A DNA stretch of 64,000 nucleotides from a virus: positions 1-64,000 of IMG/VR virus record IMGVR_UViG_3300034062_006900; one strand, given 5' to 3'. Under the pieces are notes generated by a model that was not told the DNA's origin, searched no databases, and was given only the letters and a program-made list of their open reading frames with translations. The stretch's first letter is position 1. Every line of letters begins with the position of its first letter. Positions 7,515 to 16,080 of the stretch are shown here, in pieces. The position numbers were made by a program, and so were the translations under genes.

Positions 7515-8930
7515 TTATGAAGTTTCAACTGATTGTTTGGATTGTTCAATCTTTTCTAATAACTTCTTTCTAAATTCTTCAGATAACATTTTCAAGAACT
7601 TAATGTAAGGTGCATCTTCTCTTTCAGGGTCGTATTTGTAAGAACCTGATGGAGGTCTTTTAGCTCTTCCTAAGTAGTTAAGACCTGATATGTTTGTGAT
7701 ACATTTGTGTCCTCCTGATTGAGATTGAATTAAATCCCAAGCATTGATACCGATTTTGTCCAACATTCCTTTTTGTTCTTCAGATAGTTCTGTGAATGGA
7801 GTATCCATCATTTCTTTGATGTCACCCAAAACCTTTTCGCCTCCGTCCATCATCATAAACTTCCCACCATAAAGAGCATCAAAATCTTTGAACGTGAACC
7901 CAACACTTTCGGGACCGACCGAAGTTTCACTAATCCATTTGATAGTCGATAAAGGTATTTTCTTTTCTTTGAGTTGACCTTCCCATTTCCCCAATACTTC
8001 TTGAGCGATTTCCCCAAGATTAACACCTTTAAGTTCCCTTTCCTTTTTGAACGGATTACAAGAAACCTGTAATAACCCAAGCGGCCATGCCATGATGAGA
8101 AAGTCTGCATCAGGATTGTTTCTAAATGGGGTATACCTATCATAGGACCCAGGTTTAAACATACTACCCCCACCGTATTGGAAAATAATATTGTCGCTGA
8201 CTTTCGGAAAGTCCTTCATTGCTTTCGCATAATCTTCTGCATTTTTTTGTAATTCTTTTGGCTTTGGTGCGTTTGTTGTTTTCATCCAACTCTTAATATT
8301 CGTAAGAATTGAAAGTAATGATGGTTCAGAGTCCATCACCAAACCTTCCAAAAATCCTGGTTTGTTTTTGAATGCTAATAATAGTTTGTTAATAACAAAA
8401 CCAAGAAGCATTTTATTCTTTTGTAGTGGAGTTTCTTTGTCAAATCTATATAGATAATTAACAACATCCTCAGCTGATAATCCGTATTTAGCGAAGTCAG
8501 CAGAATCCACCGTGTTAATCAATAAAATATCTGAGCTTGGGAACAAGTCTTTGGGTGATACAACTTGAGATATTGTCTCAACATTCGAACGAGCTTGTCT
8601 GAATGATTTTGACGTTCCTTTTTCAGCACCAACTTGTTTGTCGTGGTGGTCTGTGTGAATCTTGAACATTGGTTTACCATGTGCGAAATCAACTAAAACC
8701 GGCATCACATCACCTTCAGCATCATTCTTCTTAACCGCAAATTCTTTATCACCATATTGGATGATATGTGCTCCCACAACATCAATACCATTGTTTTCAA
8801 GGTATTTCTTCATTGCAATTGCTGTGGTAACACCATCCAAGTCTTGGTGAAAATAGATTTCGGCCTTGGGATATCTCTTCCTCAAAGCCGAAATATCTCT
8901 TATACCCGTCTCCTTAATTAATTTCTTCAT
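7515..8930 (-). CDS. DHH-family phosphoesterase-like protein
   Basis: HQDLDG, LVDF, TDHH, SGGH motifs. Confidence 0.75.
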   Translation of the reverse strand: MKKLIKETGIRDISALRKRYPKAEIYFHQDLDGVTTAIAMKKYLENNGIDVVGAHIIQYGDKEFAVKKNDAEGDVMPVLVDFAHGKPMFKIHTDHHDKQVGAEKGTSKSFRQARSNVETISQVVSPKDLFPSSDILLINTVDSADFAKYGLSAEDVVNYLYRFDKETPLQKNKMLLGFVINKLLLAFKNKPGFLEGLVMDSEPSLLSILTNIKSWMKTTNAPKPKELQKNAEDYAKAMKDFPKVSDNIIFQYGGGSMFKPGSYDRYTPFRNNPDADFLIMAWPLGLLQVSCNPFKKERELKGVNLGEIAQEVLGKWEGQLKEKKIPLSTIKWISETSVGPESVGFTFKDFDALYGGKFMMMDGGEKVLGDIKEMMDTPFTELSEEQKGMLDKIGINAWDLIQSQSGGHKCITNISGLNYLGRAKRPPSGSYKYDPEREDAPYIKFLKMLSEEFRKKLLEKIEQSKQSVETS

Positions 8931-9257
8931 TTAGAATGAGAACCAACCTGGTCTATATGAATCCCAAATTTTATACCACATAGGTTTTTTCTTTTCTAAA
9001 GCTTTTTCTGTTTCTTCACCCCATTTTCCATCTGTTGGATATACTCCCAACATACTCTGAAGTTTCATGATAGCCTTTTCAGTTTGTGAGTTTGGACCTG
9101 TTAGTCCATCAACCTCCAATCCTGCATTCATAACATTTTTATCGTTCAAAAATTTTTGAACAGCCATTGTCAATTTTCTATCCTCACCTTGTTCTTTGAT
9201 TACCATCTTAACAATTTTAGTTAAGTCAGCTTCAGTGAGTCTGATTACTTTTCCCAT
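8931..9257 (-). CDS. peptidoglycan-binding domain protein with N-terminal RLTEADL leader
   Basis: VQKFLN...VDGLTGPN..T.KAI..LQ...DGKWGEET pattern. Confidence 0.75.
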   Translation of the reverse strand: MGKVIRLTEADLTKIVKMVIKEQGEDRKLTMAVQKFLNDKNVMNAGLEVDGLTGPNSQTEKAIMKLQSMLGVYPTDGKWGEETEKALEKKKPMWYKIWDSYRPGWFSF

Positions 9258-9258
9258 A

Positions 9259-9630
9259 TTAATATTTTAAAGTTAGTAAGTATTTTGATTTATTGATTAA
9301 TGCTAACATTTCATCTCTGATGTTTAACAAGTCAGTATCATATCTACCATCAAGTTGGTCAGACATTCCTACTAAGAATTCAGTAATACCGTCCATAAAG
9401 TTTTGAACACTCAAAGACGTGATATCTTGAAACATCAAACCAAACTCAGGCTCGAACTCAGGTCTTCCGTATTTACCCATCATAGATTCAGTAAAATCAT
9501 CAATTAAGTCACCAAGTCCATCGTAAATTTTACCATAAGTTTTATGTTTTGCATCACCAAAAGTCTGCCAGTGTAAAAATTTAAATTGAAGTTGTATTTG
9601 AAGTAATTTTTTTATTAATTCCTCTTTCAT
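9259..9630 (-). CDS. Dps/ferritin-like protein (DUF5856-like)
   Basis: LHWQT...KH...IYD...DDFTE..MG and DLLNIRDEM motifs. Confidence 0.8.
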   Translation of the reverse strand: MKEELIKKLLQIQLQFKFLHWQTFGDAKHKTYGKIYDGLGDLIDDFTESMMGKYGRPEFEPEFGLMFQDITSLSVQNFMDGITEFLVGMSDQLDGRYDTDLLNIRDEMLALINKSKYLLTLKY

Positions 9631-9672
9631 AAAAATACTTTTCTATAAATATACTGACAATAAAAAAAGGGG

Positions 9673-10539
9673 TTATAAAACCCCTTCTTTAAAATCTAAT
9701 TTTGTTTGTTTGTTTTTATCAACGAAATGTTGGACTCTATCTTTGGCAACTTTCGCATAGTTTTCACTAAGTTCAATACCAATCCATCTTCTTCCTCCTA
9801 TCTCTGCGGCACATAAACTTGTTCCACTCCCAGCAAACGGGTCGAGAACCAAATCATTTCTATAAGTAAGAATCTTGATTGCTTTCATTGGGATATCCAA
9901 TGAGAACGTCGCTTTGGTCATTTGTTTTGTATCAGCAAAATAATCCCACTGACCATAAACCAAATCCATAAATTCTTTCTTATGTTCCTCTTGATAAACA
10001 GTTTTCTTTTTGGTTGTTCCGTCCTCTTGTTCTAAGTCCACGATTTCTCCAACCCACTCAGGTTCACCCTTAACTTTCTTGATATGTGTTTTCTTGTAAG
10101 CCAAAATTACACACTCCTTTGGGTTATATATGTATGGTGCTGACGGAGACATCCATGAACCCCAAGCAGTAGTCTTACTTCTATGAGGAGAATCTTCCTC
10201 CAAATCAACAATCCCATAAAACTTGAATCCAATGTTTTTCATAATCTGCCAAACCTCAGAGACCATTAAGATTCTTCCACCTTTATCTTGTCTGTTAATT
10301 TCATAAGGAATGTTAATCGCAATTCTACCATCGTCCTTCAATACTCTATACGCTTCTCTCAACCAATTGGCACTAAACACTTTATATTGGTCAAACTCCA
10401 AATCATCATCAAATGAATCATACGCAATACCAACACCATATGGTGGGGACGTTACAATCAAATCAACACATGATTCCGGCATTTCAGACATAACCTTAAT
10501 ACAATCACCATTGATAACCTTTCCTACGTAATTCTCCAT
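9673..10539 (-). CDS. beta-class DNA methyltransferase (N4-C or N6-A)
   Basis: TSPPY near N-terminus; VLDPFAGSGT and GIEL near C-terminus. Confidence 0.92.
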   Translation of the reverse strand: MENYVGKVINGDCIKVMSEMPESCVDLIVTSPPYGVGIAYDSFDDDLEFDQYKVFSANWLREAYRVLKDDGRIAINIPYEINRQDKGGRILMVSEVWQIMKNIGFKFYGIVDLEEDSPHRSKTTAWGSWMSPSAPYIYNPKECVILAYKKTHIKKVKGEPEWVGEIVDLEQEDGTTKKKTVYQEEHKKEFMDLVYGQWDYFADTKQMTKATFSLDIPMKAIKILTYRNDLVLDPFAGSGTSLCAAEIGGRRWIGIELSENYAKVAKDRVQHFVDKNKQTKLDFKEGVL

Positions 10540-10940
10540 TATAACTTTCCTTCTTGTTTTAATTGTTCTCTAATTTTTGTCGCAGATATTTCACTGACTT
10601 CTTGGGGTGGAATGTGTTCGATGATGTCATATCCAACACCTCTCCCGAAGTTTACAGATTCAATATCAGGTATAACCACAACTTTAACCCTTTCTTCAGC
10701 AATCAATTCCCAAAGCTCTTTCAGAATATTCGTGTGAACTTCGTGAGCGGCGAATGGATTTTTTTCATCAGGTTTCACATCTCTAATACAAATTAAAACG
10801 TTTTTACCCTCATTTAATCTTTGGTCAATTAACCACCTATGACCTGAATGCCATGGTTGCCATCTACCAATAAACATTGAATACTGTTTTGCCCCTGTGT
10901 TTTTGAGTTTGGGGTCACCCTCAACGTGAATTTTTTGCAT
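10539..10940 (-). CDS. small HxGH nucleotidyltransferase (cytidylyltransferase/ATP-sulfurylase superfamily)
   Basis: FIGRWQPWHSGH and ISATKIR motifs. Confidence 0.8.
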   Translation of the reverse strand: MQKIHVEGDPKLKNTGAKQYSMFIGRWQPWHSGHRWLIDQRLNEGKNVLICIRDVKPDEKNPFAAHEVHTNILKELWELIAEERVKVVVIPDIESVNFGRGVGYDIIEHIPPQEVSEISATKIREQLKQEGKL

Positions 10941-11361
10941 AATCTAATACTTTTTTTGTTGATTCCTCAACACTTTCATTTGTTGTGTCAATGCTGAGAT
11001 ATTTTTCTGTCGGTGCTTCATATTCTTTAACGAAGAAGTCTTCTCTACCTCTTACGTCAGTTGTATGAATATAAACCTCAACAAGATTATCCCCCATCTT
11101 TTGTTTGAACTTATCTCTTTGGTCTTTGTAGGGGGAGACCAAGGAAACCACAACATCACTCCCTTTTTTATGAAGATATTGTGCAATTTGTTGTGCGAGT
11201 TCGATGTTTTTTCTTCTTCCTGTTTCAGAATAATCTTTATTCTCGAATAAATCTCTGAGGTCATCACCATCAATGTGGAATACACCTGGTTTATCCCAAA
11301 GGATTCTTTTACAAATAGTTGTCTTACCTGAGCCAGGTTGTCCTGTTAACCAAATTATCAT
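10921..11361 (-). CDS. cysC: adenylyl-sulfate (APS) kinase
   Basis: IWLTGQPGSGKTT, IDGDDLR, YSETGRRKNI, VSLVSPY, YEAP. Confidence 0.9.
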   Translation of the reverse strand: MIIWLTGQPGSGKTTICKRILWDKPGVFHIDGDDLRDLFENKDYSETGRRKNIELAQQIAQYLHKKGSDVVVSLVSPYKDQRDKFKQKMGDNLVEVYIHTTDVRGREDFFVKEYEAPTEKYLSIDTTNESVEESTKKVLDYAKNSR

Positions 11362-12314
11362 TTTTCTAAGTTTTTAATTTTTCTATCGAGGTAAAATGCT
11401 GCCTTTTTCAAATCCTCCAATTCTTTGGTATCATCTTTCTTACCCGCCCTTGCAACATATTTAACCACATTGAAAAGATAAGCATCATATTCCAACCCCC
11501 ACGCTTCACATACTTTAATTACTTCGTAGGGGTTATCCACTCCACCATAGTGAGCAGGTCCATTTACCATTTCTTTTATATTAGAATTTTCGACTATATC
11601 TTTTGTAGTTTCAACAGTGTGTCGAAATAGTTCTTTACCTTCTAATTTTTTCATAACATCTGTAATTTCCATTTTAAAACTATTCTTCTTTTTTATAATT
11701 GGGCAGTAATATGTTTTCCAACTAGGATGCCAATAGAACCAACCATTCGTTGTTTGTTTATCTATATCATCAATTTTTTCCAATTCAAGCGTTTCGAATG
11801 TTATTTCACCCCATTCACTAAGAATTTCAAAATCTCGTTTAGCCATGTGTATTCCTTCTTCATCACCTCTCGGGTTGTTAAAAAAAGAAAAAATACCGTC
11901 GTCTTTCAAAATATTGGGGACGTGTTCTTCAAATCCATATATTTCCTCGTCCCATGTGTCTATATAAATCCCATCAAACTTTGGCATGTATTTAACATAC
12001 CATTGCCAATCTCCATACATTATCCTAACCCTCGGATTCAAGTGCCAACCATCCTCAAGTATTTTAGTATAAACATCAAGATGAGGTTCAATAATCCAAT
12101 GTTCTTGAATATCATATTTTTCGATAAACGAATCAACCAAACCCATTCCAAAACCTACATTAAGAATCTTACCACCTTTCTTACATATTATTTCCGCGGA
12201 TTTTTCCATAATTGGAGTTTCCCAATCCATCATTACAGCATTACCATTTTCATCTAAAAGTCTACCATCCTCAGTATAAGTAAGTTTTTGATTAATGTAG
12301 GCTTTGTTATTCAT
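11358..12314 (-). CDS. Rmt2/GAMT-like SAM methyltransferase fused to C-terminal DUF3310
   Basis: VMMDWETPIM, ILNVGFGMG, HWIIEPH, FDGIYIDTW; C-terminal MVNGPAHY...NVVKYVARAGKK...DLKKAAFYL. Confidence 0.8.
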   Translation of the reverse strand: MNNKAYINQKLTYTEDGRLLDENGNAVMMDWETPIMEKSAEIICKKGGKILNVGFGMGLVDSFIEKYDIQEHWIIEPHLDVYTKILEDGWHLNPRVRIMYGDWQWYVKYMPKFDGIYIDTWDEEIYGFEEHVPNILKDDGIFSFFNNPRGDEEGIHMAKRDFEILSEWGEITFETLELEKIDDIDKQTTNGWFYWHPSWKTYYCPIIKKKNSFKMEITDVMKKLEGKELFRHTVETTKDIVENSNIKEMVNGPAHYGGVDNPYEVIKVCEAWGLEYDAYLFNVVKYVARAGKKDDTKELEDLKKAAFYLDRKIKNLEK

Positions 12315-12337
12315 ATTTCCACGAATTTTTATCAATT

Positions 12338-12958
12338 TTAGTCATTATCTATCATAATATCAATTGGTTTGTTAACAATATTTCCAAGGTGTGCAATAAA
12401 AACAATACTGTTGTTTATAAAAATTGTTTGTCCATTCGAATATATTCCAGTTGAATGGTGTGCGTGGCCGAATAAATGATATTTTGGTTTTTTTATTTCG
12501 ACATATTTTTTCAAAGCTAAAGAACCAACACTTTGTCCATTTTTAATATCAAAAATTCCTTTAGGTGGTCCGTGTGTTACTAATATATCAACTTCATCAT
12601 CTTTAGTCATTTTTTCAATATCCACATCCTTGAAAACGTTATGGGTATTTTTCACAATTACTTCTTTCAAACACACACTCAATCCGTATATTTTTAGACT
12701 CAAAATTTCACAAACGTCGTTATTTAATATGAAAAAATTTTCATCACCTTTCATATTCTGAGTTTTTTGGTCATGATTACCAGGGACTAATATTTTATAT
12801 GTGTATGGTAAACTTTTGAACCATTGTGAAACATCTTGTTCAGTTAATTTTCCTTTCAAATCGAAAACATCTCCACTATGTATAAGGATATCTCCCCCGT
12901 TGAATTTTAGTTCTGAGTGTGAGCCATGTGTGTCCGAGATATGTGTTATTTTGACCAT
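12338..12958 (-). CDS. calcineurin-like metallophosphoesterase
   Basis: ISDTHG, HSGD, GNHD, THGPP, FGHAH. Confidence 0.9.
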   Translation of the reverse strand: MVKITHISDTHGSHSELKFNGGDILIHSGDVFDLKGKLTEQDVSQWFKSLPYTYKILVPGNHDQKTQNMKGDENFFILNNDVCEILSLKIYGLSVCLKEVIVKNTHNVFKDVDIEKMTKDDEVDILVTHGPPKGIFDIKNGQSVGSLALKKYVEIKKPKYHLFGHAHHSTGIYSNGQTIFINNSIVFIAHLGNIVNKPIDIMIDND

Positions 12959-12962
12959 TCTG

Positions 12963-13670
12963 TTATTGCTTCCATGAATTTTTTTCATATCCAAATATTT
13001 CAAAATACCTCGGCATTCTATAATATATTATGTCGGCAATCTCTTGAGTGTAAAATTTTCTCCAAAGATTTTCGTCCTCGTTTGAAACATTTATTTTTTT
13101 GTTAACCTCATTTTTCAATTCTCCACTTTTGAAATAATCACTTTCAACAATGAAAGGTATTTTACTATAATCCTCATATAAATTTTCTAATCTGACAGGA
13201 TAATCTGGAACCCTCTCAGTAAAGTCCATACAACTATCATGAAATAATTCTGAATTTAGAATTATTCTATAAATGTGTGTCCGAAAATTTTCCTTATTTT
13301 TTTCGGTATAAATGAATTCTTGGGGTATTCTATTAAATGTATAATCAGAAAAAAATCTTGTATATGGATTTCTAACGGCAGATACAATTTTAAAGTTTTC
13401 GTGTCCAACGAACAAGTTACAACTGTGATTTTTTCCAATCCCATTTTCGATTAAAGTTAAGTTATCATCTTCAACTTTATAGTATTTGAAATCATACTTG
13501 CTCATGATTTTAGTCATGTGGGTAGAACCACACTTTTTCCAAAGCCACAGAATAATTTTATGTTTCTGAGATAAATTGACAACAGTTTTCATACGCTCAA
13601 TGACCTCTGGGGCTAAAATATTGGCTTTAAAACAATTGTTATTTTCTCTAATTAGCTTATCTAGTGCCAT
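12963..13670 (-). CDS. sulfotransferase family 2 protein (copy A)
   Basis: KKCGST (5'-PSB-like), VRNPYTRFFSDY (3'-PB), RLENL.ED, FGY. Confidence 0.75.
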   Translation of the reverse strand: MALDKLIRENNNCFKANILAPEVIERMKTVVNLSQKHKIILWLWKKCGSTHMTKIMSKYDFKYYKVEDDNLTLIENGIGKNHSCNLFVGHENFKIVSAVRNPYTRFFSDYTFNRIPQEFIYTEKNKENFRTHIYRIILNSELFHDSCMDFTERVPDYPVRLENLYEDYSKIPFIVESDYFKSGELKNEVNKKINVSNEDENLWRKFYTQEIADIIYYRMPRYFEIFGYEKNSWKQ

Positions 13671-13685
13671 TTACCCACTTTTTTT

Positions 13686-13769
13686 TCATATAATCAATGA
13701 ATCTCTGAGGTCATCACCATAGTGGGTTGACCTATTTACCATTTCTTTTTTATTTTCTATGTTATTCAT
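13686..13769 (-). pseudogene. chimeric DUF3310/cysC remnant mini-ORF
   Basis: MNNIENKKEMVNRSTHY-GDDLRD; 13700-13720 is identical to cysC 11250-11270. Confidence 0.7.
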
Positions 13770-14466
13770 ATTTCCACGAATTTTTATCATATCCAAATAA
13801 TTCAAAATATCTTGGCATTCTATAATATATCATATCTGCCACTTCTTGAGTATAAAATTTCCTCCAAAGATTTTCATCCTCATTTGAAACATTTACTTTC
13901 TTGTTGACATCCTTCTCCAATTCGCCACTTCTGAAATATTCACTTTCAACAATGAAAGGTATTTTACTATAATCCTCATATAAATTTTCTAATCTGACGG
14001 GATAGTCGGGAACCCTTTGAGAAAAATCTACACACTCGTTTGAAAGAATATCAGAGTATACCGTTGACTGATAAATTGAGAGTCTAAATTTTTCTTTGTT
14101 TGTCTCGTTATAAATAAATTCTTCAGGTGCTCTGTTGAATGTAAAGTCAGAAAAAAATCTTGAGTATGGATTTCTAACCGCAGCTAAAATTTTATATTTT
14201 TCATGACCATGAAACAAATTACAGTAGTGCTTCTGAACTACGTGATTATTAAGTAAATTTAAACTACTTCCCTCAATTCTGTAATACTTAAAACCATATT
14301 TGTTCATGATTTTTGACATGTGAGATGTTCCACATTTTTTCCAAAGCCACAAAATAACTTTATGTTCTTGGGATAAATTTATTGTAGAATTAAGTTCTTC
14401 GAAATCCTTTGGGTCAATTGGTTTATCTACCCAAGAGTCGTTATCTCGAATCAATTTATCTATCAC
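13762..14466 (-). CDS. sulfotransferase family 2 protein (copy B)
   Basis: Close paralog of 12963..13670; GTG start (VIDKLIR aligns with MALDKLIR). Confidence 0.75.
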   Translation of the reverse strand: MIDKLIRDNDSWVDKPIDPKDFEELNSTINLSQEHKVILWLWKKCGTSHMSKIMNKYGFKYYRIEGSSLNLLNNHVVQKHYCNLFHGHEKYKILAAVRNPYSRFFSDFTFNRAPEEFIYNETNKEKFRLSIYQSTVYSDILSNECVDFSQRVPDYPVRLENLYEDYSKIPFIVESEYFRSGELEKDVNKKVNVSNEDENLWRKFYTQEVADMIYYRMPRYFELFGYDKNSWKYE

Positions 14467-14584
14467 CGTTTCCCCATTTTTTTTCCATATACTCAATATA
14501 TCGATGAGATTTATTACCATTATATAACATCCACACAAAATAGTAATCAATCCACCAATCAAGTTTTTTGAGAATTTTTTTCAT
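14456..14584 (-). CDS. small Trp/Tyr-rich protein (42 aa)
   Basis: Manual translation MKKILKKLDWWIDYYFVWMLYNGNKSHRYIEYMEKKWGNGDR; fills the operon gap. Confidence 0.6.
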   Translation of the reverse strand: MKKILKKLDWWIDYYFVWMLYNGNKSHRYIEYMEKKWGNGDR

Positions 14585-14593
14585 GGTATCTTA

Positions 14594-14809
14594 TTATGAA
14601 AAGTATTTTGTTAATGCTTCTATCTTGTCATCAGCGTCAACCAACATCTGAAGAGCCTCTTCAGCATTTTTGTAGAAGTCTCCTGTTGTGTGGTCTCCAA
14701 TTCCAACCGCATGATTTGTTAATAATTCTAAAGATAACAACGCTTTAGATTTTTGTGCTTGTGCCTCTAACAAAAGCATTTCCACCAAATTTTTCTTTAC
14801 GTTTCCCAT
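14594..14809 (-). CDS. hypothetical phage protein
   Basis: ORF with AVGIGDH motif. Confidence 0.7.
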   Translation of the reverse strand: MGNVKKNLVEMLLLEAQAQKSKALLSLELLTNHAVGIGDHTTGDFYKNAEEALQMLVDADDKIEALTKYFS

Positions 14810-15054
14810 TACTTAGATTTTTTTCTTGTTTTTACAAATGGTTCTTCACTTTGAACACCATCCATTTGTTTTGGATTTGATTTCTTTTCCTGTTTTGGTT
14901 CATCGGCAGTTTTAGCAAACTGAGCTTTATATTCCGACTTAGGAATGTATGCCCACATACTTCCTACCATGTTGTAAGCGGTTTTGTCATCAACTCTTTT
15001 GATGTCACCTACTTCCACCCCTTTGGATGGTTTGATTGCTTTAATACACTTCAT
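14809..15054 (-). CDS. hypothetical protein
   Basis: Coupled ORF. Confidence 0.65.
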   Translation of the reverse strand: MKCIKAIKPSKGVEVGDIKRVDDKTAYNMVGSMWAYIPKSEYKAQFAKTADEPKQEKKSNPKQMDGVQSEEPFVKTRKKSK

Positions 15055-15256
15055 TGGTTTTTTCCTCCATGTTTTGATTTATAATTAATAAAATTTGTGA
15101 CTCATTTTTTCCCTCTTGGTATAGTTCATATATTCTTGACGACACCTCGTCATCAAACAATAACATATCACTTTTACCATAATATCCTTTAAGGTCATTG
15201 TTCTCCAATGCCTTGATACTATCATCTAAACTAACAAATCTTTTGTTAAAACCCAT
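15041..15256 (-). CDS. hypothetical protein
   Basis: Coupled ORF. Confidence 0.65.
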   Translation of the reverse strand: MGFNKRFVSLDDSIKALENNDLKGYYGKSDMLLFDDEVSSRIYELYQEGKNESQILLIINQNMEEKTNEVY

Positions 15257-15273
15257 ACTAAAATATAAGTAAA

Positions 15274-16053
15274 TTATATTTCAGAGTCAAAATTTTTTAT
15301 CTTTTCAAAGTTAACAACTTGATAGACATATGCCATTATTTTCCTCTTCGCAATTGGAATAAGGGTTGGTTCCATGGGAAATTCTTGAGAGGTTTTCATT
15401 TCGAAAACAGGCAATTCTTGATAAAATGATTTACTATTCCAAGAAGAAAAGTTATCCAAGATTGTTGGAAGTGTCATGTCGACAGGTGAGTCTTCAAAAA
15501 TTAAGGATAGATAAGTCTTACTATTAATATCATCTCCTTTAATTTTTTTAATATCATATTCCCAAACTAAAATCTTATCTTCACTTTTTCTATAATAAAA
15601 AAGATAACCCTTACCATACCCCAAGTTTGATTTGTTTTTTCTTAGACTGATGGTAACGTTATCGTAGGCTAAGTTCCAAATTGATTTTGCTTGATTGAAC
15701 GCATCAAACAATTTGTTTCCTGAATATCTTATAGTCTTATCCAACTCTTCTTCCTCTTGAATTGTAAGTTCTCTCGGTTTCTTTGGATATAATTCTTTTA
15801 ATAAAATCTCATCATCACAAGATTCAAATTTCTTTTTGGTTAAAAGAAGAGTATTTTCTTTAATTAAGGATTGGAGATTTGCTAAGTGTAATGACAATTC
15901 AACAAAGTCAGGATAAATTTCAAAATTATCAAACCTTTGTTCACACTTCTGTAAATAATCAAGCAGAGTATATTTGTTGAACTCAAAATCAAGTGGTTCT
16001 TTTAATAACCATTCCGGGTCCAACTTGAATGTCATTTTTTTCTTTCTTGCCAT
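15274..16053 (-). CDS. conserved hypothetical protein
   Basis: W...PLDFEFNKYTLLDYLQ...IYP N-terminus, recalled from Bacteroidota-associated hypotheticals. Confidence 0.7.
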   Translation of the reverse strand: MARKKKMTFKLDPEWLLKEPLDFEFNKYTLLDYLQKCEQRFDNFEIYPDFVELSLHLANLQSLIKENTLLLTKKKFESCDDEILLKELYPKKPRELTIQEEEELDKTIRYSGNKLFDAFNQAKSIWNLAYDNVTISLRKNKSNLGYGKGYLFYYRKSEDKILVWEYDIKKIKGDDINSKTYLSLIFEDSPVDMTLPTILDNFSSWNSKSFYQELPVFEMKTSQEFPMEPTLIPIAKRKIMAYVYQVVNFEKIKNFDSEI

Positions 16054-16080
16054 AAGTGAATTATAACTTGAATTTTGGTG

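Larger units (their letters stand above)
12305..13789. repeat. 30-bp direct repeat at 12305-12334 and 13760-13789
   Basis: tgttattcatatttccacgaatttttatca is identical at both sites. Confidence 0.9.
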
